Counted from the first letter of the stretch, positions 21,771 to 35,424 are shown. The stretch is DNA of 59,054 bases from Chiloscyllium plagiosum (GCF_004010195.1 NC_057719.1:76195321-76254374); one strand, 5' to 3'. A program made the numbers and translations. Notes: generated from the letters alone by a model not told the origin.

Positions 21771-23263
21771 ATGAAACTCTGCTCTTTTCAAAGTATTTAG
21801 CCATAAATCAGTAATAATTGCACCAAGAGTTATCTTCACCATCAAAGATCTTTAAAATAACTAATAACTTCTGCTACATCAATGAAGATGTTTTGAAGTG
21901 AATACTGCACAATCAGCTCCATATGTTCCTGATGTAATTGACTGTTCATTTAGATTAATTTCTAATCTGCACAAAGATCTAGCTATAAACCTTGTATCCA
22001 GTCTACAGACTCACAAACAACATCCTGCACATTTCTGGCAATATTTAATGGAGGTGATGGAGTCTCATCGAATAGTATAGGAGCATGCAAAAAAGCCCAG
22101 TATTTTCTCAAGGAAGGCCTACTACATCAAGGGCCACTATAGCACTGAACTGAACAGTATTGGGCTCTCTCTGAAACATATGATCCCAGGGGTAGAAGTC
22201 CAGCTTACCAAGATCCAAGGGTCAAACAGAGGCTGGCAGCTGTATTGAACAATGGGATGGCAATGGCAGCTGGCAGTATGACACGTACCCAAGCCATAGG
22301 ACTGGAGCTGGAGCACAGGCCACAGGGGAGTGATAAGTGGTAAGATGTGTGGGTGTGGGCTCAAAGGCGAGGGTATTGGGGGTAAGCAGGTACAGCTCCC
22401 ACCCGTCCCTCACTTCTTAATGCTGGATCCCTTGACCGTCCATTGAATGTCTTTGAACAAGAGACTATTCGTAGGTACACAGAAGCAAACCCACATGGGT
22501 CTGCCTGTCATGCTGCCTCATCGTAGAACTGTAGCCAATGGCAGCCAGTTCAGGTCCTCAAAGTGGGAAATTAAGGGGCTCAATTGTCTCGCGAACAGGA
22601 AGGCCATCCATGAGCCCTTCCCACCACAGATTGGCTGGGTTAGAAGCAGGAAGGTGGTAGAGGTGCCACCCATCCAGCACAAAATTCACCACAAGGTAGA
22701 GGGGAGGGTGCATGAAATGCAGCCCTTGATGTGTGGCTGGAATTATTTGTGTTACGGGCAGAGCACGGATACAAAGGAGATTGAATAACTACATGTTCCC
22801 GGTATTTGTTATCAAAGAGATCATTACTGACACTTTGACTGAGATGTTTTGACATGATCGCACCAGCTTTGCCAGCTGATAAATTTCAAAAATATTGTCA
22901 GATAATTTAAAGCAGCCCTTCCCTTGGCATTTTAAGCGTTAATGTAAATGTGGATGAAAGTGCAACTTCATTCTTGCCTACATATGTTGACAAATACTCA
23001 ATTTGGAAATGCAAAGATATAGAATAATAAACACCCTGGTCAACAAAAAAGCTTGTACACTGATAAACATTCTGACATCTTGACAGACGCCCAAGATACC
23101 ACAGAACACAATCCGTCATAAAGATAACAATCTGCCTACAAATTGCAGCACAACAAACAAAGCTTGAGTTAAAAAAATATAAAATGGGGTTAGCAGCTAA
23201 ATATGTGGCCTGGGTGACATACAGCTATGAATTGGGTTTTCTCTGCTCATACACTCTCCACCG

Positions 23264-23592
23264 TGGGCTGCACAGTGGCTCAGTGGTTAGCACTGTTGCC
23301 TCACAGCTGGTTCGATTCCAGCCTCGGGTGACTGGCTGTCTGGAGTTTGCACATTCTTCCCGTAACTGTGTGGGTTCCCTCTGAGTGTTCCGGTCTCCTC
23401 CAACAGTCCAAAGAAGTGCAGGTTAGTTGAATTGGCCATGCTAAGTTGCTCATAGTGGTCAGGGATGTGTAGGTTAGGTTCATTAGTCAGGGGTAAATGT
23501 AGAGTAATAGGGTAGGGGAATGGGTCTGGGTGGGATACTCTTCGGAGGGTCAGTGTGGTCTTGTTGGCCAAATAACCTGTTTAGGGATTCTA
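23264..23592 (+). mobile_element. HE1-type V-SINE
   Basis: A box, V-domain, tail. Confidence 0.85.
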
Positions 23593-23604
23593 TGATCCAC
23601 AAAC

Positions 23605-23920
23605 ATATGGTATAAGCTCTATGGTTAACATTGCTGCCTCACTGTGCCAGGGACTAAGGTTCAATTCTAGGCTTGGATGACTGTCTGTGTGCAGTTTGTA
23701 CATTCTCTCCATGTTTGTGTGGGATTCCTCCAGTTTTCTCCCACAGTCCAAACATGTGCAGGCTAAATGGATCAGCCATGTGATATGAAAGGTTACTGGC
23801 ATAGGGTTGGGGAGGGGGTGGAGTGGGGGAGTGAGAAGGGGGGGTGGGATGCTCCTGAAAGGGTCAGTTTGGACTCAGTGTGCCAAACGGCCTCCTTCCT
23901 GACTGCAAGGATTCTGTGAT
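23605..23920 (+). mobile_element. HE1-type V-SINE, older copy in tandem with the previous one
   Basis: TGCTGCCTCACTGTGCCAGGGAC..GGTTCAATTC; V-domain. Confidence 0.8.
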
Positions 23921-24440
23921 AAGAATTAAGAGCTAGACTATATCATGTGATCTGTTAATCCTACTCCAGCATTCTGATAGGTCACAGATAAACTTCATCT
24001 TTCCAGACAGCCCCAAGTCCCTTAAATTTCCTCATTATTCAAACATTAATCTACTTCTGTCTTGAATATACTCAACGACTGAGCTCACATAGCTCTTCCA
24101 GGTAAACATTTCAGAAGATTGACTGAATAAATAACTCCTCATCTAAGCCTTAACGGGCTGAACACTTATTCTGAGGTTGTGCCCCTGCGTTCTTGATTCC
24201 CCAGGGAGGAGAAATATTTTCTCAACAACTATCCCTTCAAGCTCCACAGGAATTTAAATGTTTCAATTAGGCCTCTTCACATAAACTCCCAGGAATTTAG
24301 TCCTGTTTTGCTCAATCTTACCCTCACAGGCCAATCCCCTCTTCACCGGAACCTGTTGGACTATCCCGAAAGCAAGTACGTCCTTCCTTATGTCCGGTGC
24401 CAAAACTTCATATTGTACTGCAAATGTGATCACACCCATT
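23921..24440 (-). mobile_element. Degraded CR1 3' fragment
   Basis: RKDVLA in ORF 24263-24445; homologous to 30001-30560. Confidence 0.7.
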
Positions 24441-24734
24441 GTCAAAGTAGCTGGTAATATAAGAGTGCTTCTGGAAGATGGCAGGGGCTGGAGGGCCGAA
24501 AATTGTCATGTGAGGACTTAGGAACGCAGCTGTCATAGAGTCATAGAGATGTACAGCATGGAAACAAACCCTTCAGTCCAACCCGTGGAGGTTTGGAGGC
24601 TGGTTGAAACTGGTCCCTTACAGGTTGGCCTACTGTTGGGACTCAATCAGAGGATTACAGGAGGAAGGAGCCTAGAGAGCTGGAATTGTCACTCAGGCCT
24701 CAGAACCAGACTGCATCATCCCTATGTCATCTTG

Positions 24735-25395
24735 TCATAGAGTCATGCAGCACGGAAACAGACCCTTCAGGCCAACGTGTCCATGCCAACCATAATCCCA
24801 AACTGAACTAGTCCCACCTGCCTGCTCCTGGCCCCTATCCCTCCAAACCTTTCCTATTCATGTGCTTATCCAAAAGTCTTTTAAACATTGTACCCACATC
24901 CACCACTTCCTCTGGAAATTCATTCCACACACGAACCACTCTCTGTATAAACAATTTGCCCCTCGTGTCTTTTTAAAATCTTTCTCCTCTCACCTTAAAA
25001 ATATGCCCTCCTTGATTGAAATCCCCCACCCTGGGGAAACAACTGCTGCCATTCACCTCATCTATACCACTCACAATTTTATAAACCTTTATAAGGTCAT
25101 CCGTATGCTCCAGTGAAAAAGGTCCCAGCATATCCATCCTCACCTTATAACTCATGCCCGGCACACCCTGGTAAATCTTTTCTGAACCCTCTAATTTAAT
25201 AATATCCTTACCACAACTGGGCAACTACAACTGGACACAGTACTCCAGAAGAGGCCACACAACGTCTTGTACAACCTCAACATTACAACCCAACTCCTTT
25301 GTCAAAGGTATGAGCGATGAAGGCAAGCATGCTAAATGCTTTCTTAACCACCTTGTCTACCTGCAACTCCAACTTCAAAGAATTATGTACCTGAA
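24735..25395 (-). mobile_element. CR1 (HER1-like) 3' fragment
   Basis: GKDIIKLE, DLIKVYKIV.GID, GHIFKVRGERF; TCATAGAG tail; a further isolated tail at 24533-24585. Confidence 0.85.
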
Positions 25396-26169
25396 TGTTT
25401 CATTTGTCACTTAATACTCCACTGTAGACAGATTATATATACTCCAATACTATTATTAGTAAGTATAAATAAAACTCATTGATTACAAGCAAATAACTCA
25501 GGCTAAAATGTGACTTGTTCATGGACTAGCAATCCTTTGTTGTGATAGTTACCACGGAGAAAATTTGACTAACACCGATCATTCAACTGCACTAAAGAAT
25601 TTTACCAAAAAAGATTCATTGCCATATAGCTATGCAACTGATTTATTTTTCCAAATTCATCACCTCTTTTAGAATTCAGACAGATGCAGAGACCAAAACT
25701 CCATGAATCTGTTTGAGCTATGGTGGAAGCTAACATTATGGTGAAGCAAGTTGATGGCTCAGTGGCTAAGCTACATCAGTCAAACGTATAAACCGAGAGT
25801 AGAAGTAAACCATTCAGTCCTGCAAGCCTGACCTGCCACTCCATGGAATCACCGTAACCCTTCAGCAAGTAACAAACTAAATTCATATCTGAGAACCACA
25901 ATTTTTAAATCACAAACAAAATTGCTCAACATTTTGAATTTAGCCCTATATACTTCCATAATTGGATAGCAAAGAAACAGATAGTCGTAATTATAGGTGA
26001 TGTGAAACATTACATTTTATAGAACTGTACCCATTTCAGGATATTGCCAAGTGCTTCTTAGCCATGTAATTATTTTGGAATTGCTGTTGTGAAGAGGAGA
26101 ATGCACACAGGAAAATTCCACAGAGAGTGATAGAAAAAACTTAGGTGTATAGGGGTCTGAATGATCTTA

Positions 26170-26455
26170 GAACTTCACAACGATAGCAAATTAATTATCT
26201 TTAAATTAAGTCATTGTTGTAAACTAGGTTACACAAAGACCAATTTGCACACAGCAAAGTCCTGCATAGAGGAATTAGGTAATCACCAGACATTCTGCTT
26301 TTAGTGAACTTAGTTGAGAGATAAATATTGAACAGAACGGAAAAACTTCTCTGTTCTTCAAATAGCATTCTGGGATCACTTATATCTAATGGAAAATGAT
26401 AGAGGAGGCATCATTTTAATATTTCATCTGAAGACCTATGACAACAGAGCAGTTC
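26170..26455 (-). mobile_element. Old DeuSINE (SacSINE1/AmnSINE1-related Deu domain)
   Basis: Minus strand GATCCCAGAATGCTATTTGAAGAACAGAG..CAATATTTATCTCTCAAC..TCACTAAAA..TCTGGT..TTGCTGTGTGCAAATTGG matches the recalled Deu-domain consensus. Confidence 0.65.
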
Positions 26456-26476
26456 GTGAAGTATCGCCATAGACTA

Positions 26477-26832
26477 TGGGGTGGCATGGTGACTCAATGG
26501 TTAGCACTGCTGCCTCACTGTGCCAGGGACCTGGTTCATATCCAGCCTCGGACGACTGTGTGTCTGGAATTTGCACATTCTCTCACTGTCTACGTGGGTT
26601 TCCTCCAGGTTGCTCTGGTTTCCTCCCACAATTCAAAGATATGCAGGTTAGGTGAATTGGCCATGCTAAACTGCCCATGGTGTTCAGGGGTGTGTAGGTC
26701 AGGTGCATTTGTCAGGGGAATTGTAGAGAAATAGGGTAGGGGGAATGGGTCTGGGTGAGTTACCCTTCAGAGGGTCGGTGTGGACTTGTTGGGCCTAATG
26801 GCCTGTTTCCACACTGTATGGATTATATTCTA
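26477..26832 (+). mobile_element. HE1-type V-SINE
   Basis: tRNA head, V-domain, tail. Confidence 0.9.
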
Positions 26833-28258
26833 TGCTAATATGTGTTGAAAAGGAACTTAAATCCATCTACGCATTGTGTTTGAACTACATCTGGTTAACC
26901 TGTCTTCAATTTATTGGCACAGCAAGATCTGTTCATTGTTGGTTTTGCTCATTAATTAGAAACTATGGATATCAGCTATTACATTCCATTCTTATCTCTT
27001 CCCAATACATTTTTGAGACAGCTGTTTTTATAATATTACCTCTCTCCAGTCTCTTAACTGATTGACTTCCAACAGTGAGCAATGCTGGCAAGATCAGCAT
27101 TAATTGTTCATCCTTATTTGCCCCTGAGAAGGTAGAGTGAGTTGCTTTCTTGAACCGCTGCAGATCATATGGTTGGAATTCGAGAATGTTAGCCCAGCAA
27201 TACTAAAGGAACAATGATATAGTTCTAACTCATTATGGTGTGTGGCTTGGAGGGATTGTCAAGATTGTAGTGTTCCCATTCATTTGTGCTCTAGTCATTC
27301 TAGATGATGCAGATCACAGGTTTACAACATGTTGTCAGAGGGAATGAATATTTAAGCTAGCTGTTCGGGTACTGATCATGTTTGCATTGTCATGTTGGTG
27401 ACGTCAAGCTTTTTGAGAGCTAATGGAGCTGCATTCCTCCAGAAAAAATGGAATGTATTCAACCAGTCTCATGATTTGTGATTTGTAGATATCGAGTTCA
27501 GTAATGAGTGACTCACTGCAGAAGTCCTAGCCACTGACCTGTGCTTATATCCACAGTGTTTGTAGTGATTGTGTAGAGTTTGTTTTCACCAAGACGAATG
27601 ATTGATATTCAGTTTATTGATAATTTGGTCATAATATTCAATGCCAAAAGAAGATGGTTAGCTTCTCTCTTTGGAGTTTGTTACTTCCTGACACTTGGTC
27701 TGGACTGTAGTTACTTGCCATATATTAGTGCAAAGCTGAACATTGTCTAGGTCTTGGTGCGTGTGGAATGGAATATCTGAGGAGTTGTGAACGGTGCTGA
27801 ACATTGTGCAGCTAAAAATGGTTCGGCCTAAGGGAGTACTATCAGGAAATCCAACAATGATGTCCTAACACTGAGATACTTGGCCTACAACAACAACCAT
27901 CATCTTTTGTACTAATTATGACTCCAACTAGGAGAGGATCTTTTCTCTGAAAGTGAATGACTTAAATTTTGTTACGTTTTCTTGACATAAAATGCTGTGT
28001 GACATAAATGGCATTCACTCTCACCTCATCACTTACATTCAGCTCACTGGACAGGTTTTGCTGCATAAGTGATGCTTGATGGCATTGAAACAGAAAATTC
28101 TGTAATTTTGCTGTTGAATGGGAGTAGACTGATGGAGTTGTAATTAACTGGATAGATTTACCTTGATCTTTGCAGAAATACAATTTTCCACATTGTTGGG
28201 TAGATGCCAGTGTACAGCTGTACTTGAAAAGGCACAAAACTAGTTCTGGAAAACCAGC

Positions 28259-29234
28259 TGTTACACCCAGAATCTAAATGAGGTTCCCCAATTTTGTATG
28301 GCTCTAGATAAGATACACTTTAACTGTTATGCTCCTCCTTAGTTGCTTGCCTTCCCTTCCCTTGTGGAAACCTTTCATCCAGAACCAAATGAACATTTGT
28401 TCTAAAACGAGCCAATTTAACTAGTTATTCTCGAGTTAACAAAGAGTGAGTTTATTCATTACTCCTCATGAGAAGCATTAGCAACACATATACAGGTACA
28501 CAGATTATAATAAGAGATAAATCCAAAAATGTAAAACTTTAAAAGAAGATAATTGAACATTGTGACCATTGCAATGGAGATTACCAGTAATAGTGACTTT
28601 GCTAGTTGAACTGTTAGTGTCACGATCCTTGCAGATTGGTTGAGATTCTATGGTTTTGATTCCTTTCCACTGTGATTAAATTCTAGCGTTCAAGCTGAGG
28701 AGAGTACTTTTGTTCTCCAGTTTACCTTTTGTATAGCTGCTAGCTAGCTTACTCAAGCTTAGATATTGTCTTTACCTATAATACAGGGATGACTAGAGGA
28801 TAGTTCTTTGACTGTGACCTTTCCTGCCTATTAAAAATTGTATCCAAACTGGCATATACATGAGAATGTCCAGTCCCATGAACATAAACCAGTAGAGATG
28901 AAATTGGCTTTTTAAATCCTTTGTCCTTGTGTATTTTCCAAAGAGAAAAGCACAAAATGTGACTGCAGATGTAGGACATAATCTGCTTGCTGTTGAACAG
29001 GGCCCATTAGCTATTCATTACCATTGTAATCAAAAGAGATCACAGTCCAGTCTGTTTGAGGTTTCTTGAACACCTCCATCCTGTCAGTCCTACAGAGTAT
29101 TTGCAGCCAGTCACTGAATTTAAGCACACAGTTGTTTTGTCTCAGTAGCAGTCCACTTTGTAACAAGAAACACATTTTTGAAATTAAGGGTTAAAATCAT
29201 CCATAGTATTTTAAGACTGTGACCTCTTGTAACA
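28259..29234 (-). mobile_element. Solo LTR (Gypsy-like)
   Basis: Begins TGTTACA and ends TGTAACA (7-bp inverted termini, TG..CA); TTTATT at ~28452 is a minus-strand poly(A) signal; interrupts the LINE; TSD not preserved. Confidence 0.6.
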
Positions 29235-29505
29235 AAGTGATAGCAATACAATGAATGTTGTTAGGCCCAAAGGTTTTGTTGTATCCAATGCCTTCAACCA
29301 TTTTAATGTCATAGATAATGAATCGTACTGGCTGAAGACTGGCATTTGCGATGCTGGGAACTGTAGGAGGAGGGCAAAATCCACTCAGGACATTTGGTTG
29401 AAGGTGCTTGCAAATCTTTCAGCCTCATCCTTCGCCCTGATGTGGTGGCTCCACCTTTATTGAAGATGGGGATAGTCGCCGAGTCTCCACCACCAGTTAG
29501 CTATT

Positions 29506-30787
29506 TAAAGTTTCTGCGCTTAAATATACGCTTAACAAAGTTAGGCTGTCCTTAGTATTTTTTTCAGAGAGGTCATAAAAGACACAGACTCTGAAAAACT
29601 CTAAGTTGAAGGGTTTTAGGGCCAATTTGATTAGCGCTAACAGATACTGCCTGAGGCAGAAGGCTTTCAAGTTTAAAAACAACTTGTACAATGAAAGGGG
29701 GTGGCCAGTTCTCCCCACTCTCTGTTTCTCTGGTTTGATTTGGTTTTTAGCACAGTAATGTTTTGAAGCTGCTGGATCCAAAGAAGCAGGCCCAGGCTGG
29801 TACTTTCTCTCTCTGACTTCTCTCCTGTAAGACCCTGTGTTTGATATTTCCTTTTGTGCCAAGGGGTGTTTATGGGGATTGTTGCAACCATTGGGAACAG
29901 CATCATTAAGTTGGGATGATCTGTTGGGTTTTCGGTTAGGTTACGTTATTCTGTATTCTGTTCCCTTTTGTTTGTGTTTCATTCGGTAATCTTGTAAATA
30001 AGACCATAAGACCATAAGACATAGGAGCGGAAGTAAGGCCATTCGGCCCATCGAGTCCACTCCGCCATTCAATCATGCCTGATGGGCATTTCAACTCCAC
30101 TTACCCACATTCTCCCCGTAGCCCTTAATTCCTTGTGACATCAAGAATTTATCAATCTCTGCCTTGAAGACATTTAGCGACCCAGCCTCCACTGCACTTT
30201 GCGGCAATGAATTCCACAGGCCCACCACTCTCTGGCTGAAGAAATATCTCCGCATTTCTGTTCTGAATTTACCCCCTCTAATTCTAAGGCTGTGTCCACG
30301 GGTCCTAGTCTCCTCGCCTAACGGAAACAATTTCCTAGCGTCCACCCTCTCCAAGCCATGTATTATCTTGTAAGTTTCTATTAGATCTCCCCTTAATCTT
30401 CTAAACTCCAATGAATACAATCCCAGGATCCTCAGCCGTTCCTCATATGTTAGACCTACCATTCCAGGGATCATCCGTGTGAATCTCCGCTGGACTCGCT
30501 CCAGTGCCAGTATGTCCTTCCTGAGGTGTGGGGACCAAAACTGGACAGAATACTCCAAATGGGGCCTAACCAGAGCTTTATAAAGTCTCAGTAGCACAAC
30601 AGTTCTTTTATATTCCAACCCTCTTGAGATAAATGACAAATAAATTCTGTTTTGCTTAAAACTAAGTGGTTTGACCAACTGCATCTACCCTGGAATATCT
30701 ACTCTCCATAGCTTAAAACAACTAGCAAAGTTAGGATCTAGGCTACCTTCTTGAAATGTTTTGAGGGGACTGGCCTGGTCCATAACA
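29506..30787 (+). mobile_element. 3' part of an LTR, interrupted by a CR1
   Basis: T-rich tract then AATAAA (split by the CR1) and a terminus ..GGTCCATAACA where the LINE resumes; no 5' TG seen. Confidence 0.6.
30001..30637 (-). mobile_element. Young 5'-truncated CR1 with an open RT C-terminal frame
   Basis: ORF 30091-30684 FISRGLEYK..LVRPHLEYSVQFWSP..GYGENVGKWS* without stops; (CTTATGGT)n tail; AAATAA duplicated at 29996-30001 and 30638-30643. Confidence 0.93.
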
Positions 30788-31829
30788 AGTGTCCACCAAT
30801 ATTCACTATGTGATGTAGAAAAGTTTTACAGATCCATATGTTGTGGGATCATTTAACCTTATCTATCACTGATTGAGCATGTCTGTAGTCCTGTATTATA
30901 GCTTCATTAGATTGACAACTCATTTTAAGGAGCTGCTTCTGACATATCATCTTACAGTCCTTATTGAACCATGGTTAGTCCTCTTGCATGATAGTAATTA
31001 TGGAGTGAGGATATGCCAGGTACAGAGGTGACGGACACTTTAGTTAAATATAATTCTGCTGTGGATGGCTCACAGTTCCTCAAGAACATCTAGCTTTGAG
31101 CTGCGAGCTCTGTTCTGAATCTGTCATATTAAGAATGATGATACACTCATCTAATGTGATGGATGATGTCCTTAATTTTGTTACAAGTGCAAGATTTTAT
31201 AACATTGTTTGAATCTTGGATAAAATTGAGCAACAAAGGGAGAAATACAATGTGATTTGGATTCTGCTGATTTAAATTTGGCAGGTTTTGTCTGTTCATT
31301 AATAAGTTTAAGTAGGGGAGTGCCGATGTTGTATTACTGGGGAACAGATACAAGGTATTTACAATTGTACACAATGGGAGGAGCAAGGGGCTGTGTGGCA
31401 CAGTGGTAGTGTCTCTACCTCTAGGTCAGAAGGCCCAAGTTTTAAGCCGCTTCAGAGGTATGTCACAGCATGCATAGATGGGTTGATTTAAAGGAAAAAT
31501 GGAAGTAATTATGCTGACTGTGAATAAACTGGCAGTCCTCAAAGGTTCCAGGAAAGTGTTCTGAATGTCATTTATCATTTAAACTGTTTAATTCCATTGT
31601 CGGGTCTGAAAGATAGCTAATCACTATTTCTACTTGGTTCAATACCCATGTGATTTGTATTGCCATCGTGATGGGCTTCGAGAAGGGATAGGTGGATTTG
31701 AAGGCATTGTAAGATTAGATTACAAGGCGGTCCTCTGAACTGTACAGAATGGTTGGCATGTTCAATACTCCATGTAGTTCTATCCCTTATAATTTTTCAT
31801 TAGTGGTTAAACACGTCCGAGTAGCTTGA

Positions 31830-32160
31830 TAGGCCATTTCAGAAGGTAATTAAGAATCAACCAGAATGCTGTGGTTCTGCATAGTTACATGTAGACCAGA
31901 CTGGGTCAGCGTGGCAGATTTCCTTACTTGGAGAAAGTGAGGACTGAAGATGCTGGAGATCAGAGTCGAGAGTGTGGTTCTGGAAAAGCACAGCATGTCA
32001 GGCAGATTCCGAGGAGCAGGAGAATCGACGTTCCGGGCATAAGCCCTTAATCAGGAATGACTTATGCCCAAGACTCTGATCTCCTTCCTTGCCAGATATT
32101 AGTGAACCTTTTACAACCACCCAGTAACTTCATGATAATTTTTTTACTGAATTTAGGCTT
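31830..32160 (-). mobile_element. Second SINE family fragment split by a Penelope 3' end
   Basis: GGCCATTTCAGA..CATGTAGACCAGAC..GGCAGATTTCCTT, resuming at TTAGTGAACC. Confidence 0.65.
31930..32083 (-). mobile_element. Penelope 3' end (family A) with decayed hammerhead motif and short inverted tag
   Basis: Minus strand CTGATTA-A-GGGC-TTAT-GCCC-GGAAC-GTC at 32022-32059. Confidence 0.85.
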
Positions 32161-32761
32161 CTTTTTTAAATTTCAAGTTTTTTTTTGAGTGTATTTAAAG
32201 GCTGTGTCTTTTATAATGGACAGTTAATTAAGTAATGTCTTCACTAGTGTGGTATAGCCACTGCAAGTTAGTACTGATACCTGGACAGATAAAATCTTAA
32301 AACCTTACTATGGATATTGTACTTATTCAACATCGATACATATACAAGTTGGAAAAGATAGAATATGTCAAATAATATTAAAACTAAACCAGTAAAAATA
32401 AACAAAAGGAGAAATATTTCAAAAGTTATTTGAAATATTTGAATAAAATGATATAATATTAATAATGCTCCTTCTGATATTTAATTACTATTAACTGAAA
32501 TATTTGTGTTCGGCTCCCTATTGCAATCAAAGAAATAAAACTGTTTGCTATGGAGTTCCAACATCTATGAAATCAATTTTGTGCCCATCAAAGAATTAGT
32601 GAAGGCTATGGAAATTCCTGTCACACTTGATAAGTTGGTGATCCAGCTGCCAACATTTCGCAATCTGAAGATTAAATAATGCAATTAGTGTTACCGTTGA
32701 GAACTTAGGAGGCCCTGAGATACTTTTACCTTTATTTTTAACCCTAACCAAAGACAGCCCC

Positions 32762-33070
32762 TTCAGAAACCCTACAGTGTGAAGCAAGTCATTCGGCCCA
32801 TTGTGTTCAACTGACTGTCCCACTCAGACCCACCCCCCTACCCTATAAGCTTGCATTTCCCATGGCTAATCCACCTCCGATACCATGGGCAATTAAACAT
32901 GGCCAATCCACCTATTCTGCACATCTTTGGTCTGTGAGAGGAAACCAGAGCAAATCCAAGCAGACACGGGGAGAATGTGCAAACTCCACACAGACCCGAG
33001 GCTGGAATCGAACCCGGTCCCCTGGTACTGTGAGACAGCAGTGCTCATGATCAAGCCAGCACATTGCCCT
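32762..33070 (-). mobile_element. HE1-type V-SINE
   Basis: V-domain and tRNA head on the minus strand. Confidence 0.8.
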
Positions 33071-33209
33071 TTAACTTGTAGATTATCAACACAACACTGA
33101 GGGCGCGAACATTTTAGTAGATAATTCTATTCCTGGGAAGCTTGGATTGCCAAAGGATATCATCAGAGAACACAAAATAAAATCAGGAAATCCATGGCTT
33201 ACTTAGGAT

Positions 33210-33600
33210 CAAGAGCTAGATGTTCATCACTGGAGTCTATTCCACAATTTCATAAGGTCATGCTTAATCTTTCTCCTAATTCCATCTACAGACTTTAATT
33301 CTGCAATCTTTAACAAAATCATCAATCTGAGTTTTTACATTTTTAAATTACCCAAAATCTCAACAGCTTTTTGAGGAGATAATTCCAGATCTCCACTACC
33401 CTTTAGGTGAAGAAATGTTTCCCATCATCACCCCCAAATGGCTTTGTTCTAATCTTAAAGCTAATCCTTCTAGATATGAGCTCTCCCACAATGGGAAATA
33501 ATCTCTCTCCAGAAATCTTATCTACTCCTTAAATCTTCTTAAACACTTCAATTAGATAACCCCTTAATCTTGTGTCTGTTGAGATCATACAATCCTTTAA
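33210..33600 (-). mobile_element. Very degraded CR1 3' fragment
   Basis: AATTCCAGATCTCCACTACCCTT..GAAGAAATGTTTCC..ATTAGATAACCCCTTAATCTT resembles 30210-30400. Confidence 0.6.
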
Positions 33601-34189
33601 TAACACAATGATACCTTTCAAGTTGATTTCTAAATGCACTGTACAAAAATATTTGGAGAATATGCTACTTTACAAATAAGAAATAATATACTTTTGAGGA
33701 AGAGATGCCTTACTGATATTTTGTAATCGTGCTCAGCAAACAACGTCAATCAATTTCTGAAAAATATAAATTAACTGCTACTGCATTTGATTGGATTCAA
33801 ATTGTTTCCTCCCACACACTGACTCATCAGCACACTGGAAATGCAATGTTGTTTAGGATTAAAAGGTAACTCTTAAAAAGAAGTGCCGTTTCATTTTATT
33901 GCAATGGCATCAAAATCACAACTCTTGGTCTATTGACAAAGTATTGCAGAAAGAACCTTTTGATGGTTTGGCTGAAAGCCATCTGACTATCCGCTCTCAG
34001 ATTCTGACACCGAAATAAAACAAAGAACTGCAGACAATTAGTAACTAAAAACATAAATTGCTTGAGAAACTCAGCCGATTGGAGTTTCTCCAGCATTTTC
34101 TGTTTTTACTATCAGCCCAGCATTGTCCTTTCTGCATCACCATCTGTGATGAATTTCTAGGTCATGCTCCTGGAATTTAAGGAATTTTG

Positions 34190-34460
34190 AAAATAGAAGC
34201 AGGTGTAAGCCATTCAACATTCCCGGTTTCTCCCCATAATCCCTTTGATCCCTTTAGCCCGAGGAACTATAGCTGACTCCTTCTTGAAAACATTCAACAG
34301 GCTCAACACTCTTTGGATGAAGAAATTTCTCTTCATCTCAGAGCTAAATGGCCTACTCCATATCCTTAGACTTTGTCCCCTGATTTGGTTCACCCTGGTC
34401 ATTGGGAACCTCTTTCTTGCATTCACTCTGTCTAGCCCTGTTAGAATTTTATAGATTTCT
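34190..34460 (-). mobile_element. CR1 3' fragment
   Basis: RGQSLRIWSRPFSSEMKRNFFIQRV. Confidence 0.8.
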
Positions 34461-34619
34461 ATACATTTTCAGTATTGAGGCAGAACGTTTTCCAACTCAC
34501 AGGAAGCACAGTGGGATGTCAAGTGCAAAATCCAATATAAATCCAATTCATGCTCTATGGCATGAATTTATCACAAAGTTGCTTAATGATGCATTTCAGG
34601 TAGAATATCTTGGACTGAT

Positions 34620-34735
34620 ATAGAAACAGAAAACGCTGAAGAAACTAAGCAGGACTGGCAGCATCCGTGTAGCGAGAATCAGAGTTAATGTTTCAAGTTC
34701 AACATGAGAAAGTTCCAGTGAAGAGTCATTCTGTT
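34620..34735 (-). mobile_element. Penelope 3' end fragment (family B-like)
   Basis: ACAGAAAACGCTG..AAACT.AGCAGG.CTGGCAGCATC..CAGAGTTAATGTTTC. Confidence 0.7.
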
Positions 34736-35044
34736 TTATTGGCATATCTTTTCTGAGCTTTCAAGGGTAAAGTATTGAAACCCTTCAGTGTTGCAGCAGC
34801 TCATTTTGTTAAAGAAAGAAAAGGTTGTTTTTAAACTATAAAAGAAAGCTCAATTCTTCTGAAAGGTAGAAGAAACACCAAACAGTGGATTTACCTTTAT
34901 TGACCAATTGGTTGTTAGCTGGGAACATCACAGATTAGTGAGTTAGCCCATCTAATCTCGCTTCCATTAATTTATGTGGAATTTGGCGAACTCTGTCTAC
35001 ACATCTAATGTTCCTTCCTGATTTGCTTTTATGCTACAGTGCGA

Positions 35045-35424
35045 TCATAGAACCCTTACAATGTGGAGGTGGGCCATTTGGTCCATCAAGTCCACACTGA
35101 ACCTCCAAAGAGCACCCTACCCAGACTCACCCTCCTACCCTATCACCCTGCATTTCTCATGGCTAATCCACCTAACCTACACATCCCTGGACATGCTAAC
35201 TTAACATGGCCAATTCACCTGGCCTGCACATCCCTGGATATTATGGGCAATGTAGCATTGCCAATTCACCTAACCTGCACATCCAAGGACTGCGGGAGGA
35301 AACCCACACAGACACAGCGAAAAATGTGCAAACTCCACACAGACAGTGGCCCAAAGATGGAATCAAATCTGGGTCCCTGGTGCTGTGAGGCAGCAATGCT
35401 AACCACTGAGCCACAGTGCTGCCC
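35045..35424 (-). mobile_element. HE1-type V-SINE with internal duplication
   Basis: The CA(C/T)CTAACCTGCACATCC block occurs three times. Confidence 0.88.

Larger units (their letters stand above)
27075..31180 (-). mobile_element. Old CR1/L2-group LINE (second family), split by two LTR pieces
   Basis: 27075-27730 is the reverse-complement homolog of 39140-39915; similar decayed ORF2-like sequence resumes at 29235-29505 and 30788-31180. Confidence 0.65.

Noticed and set aside
22080..22790. GC-richer segment with several short ORFs
   Set aside because: No recognisable protein motif or termini; probably a decayed repeat but not supportable
30091..30684. 197-aa ORF as a host gene
   Set aside because: It is the CR1 RT C-terminus; its start codon lies in flanking LTR sequence
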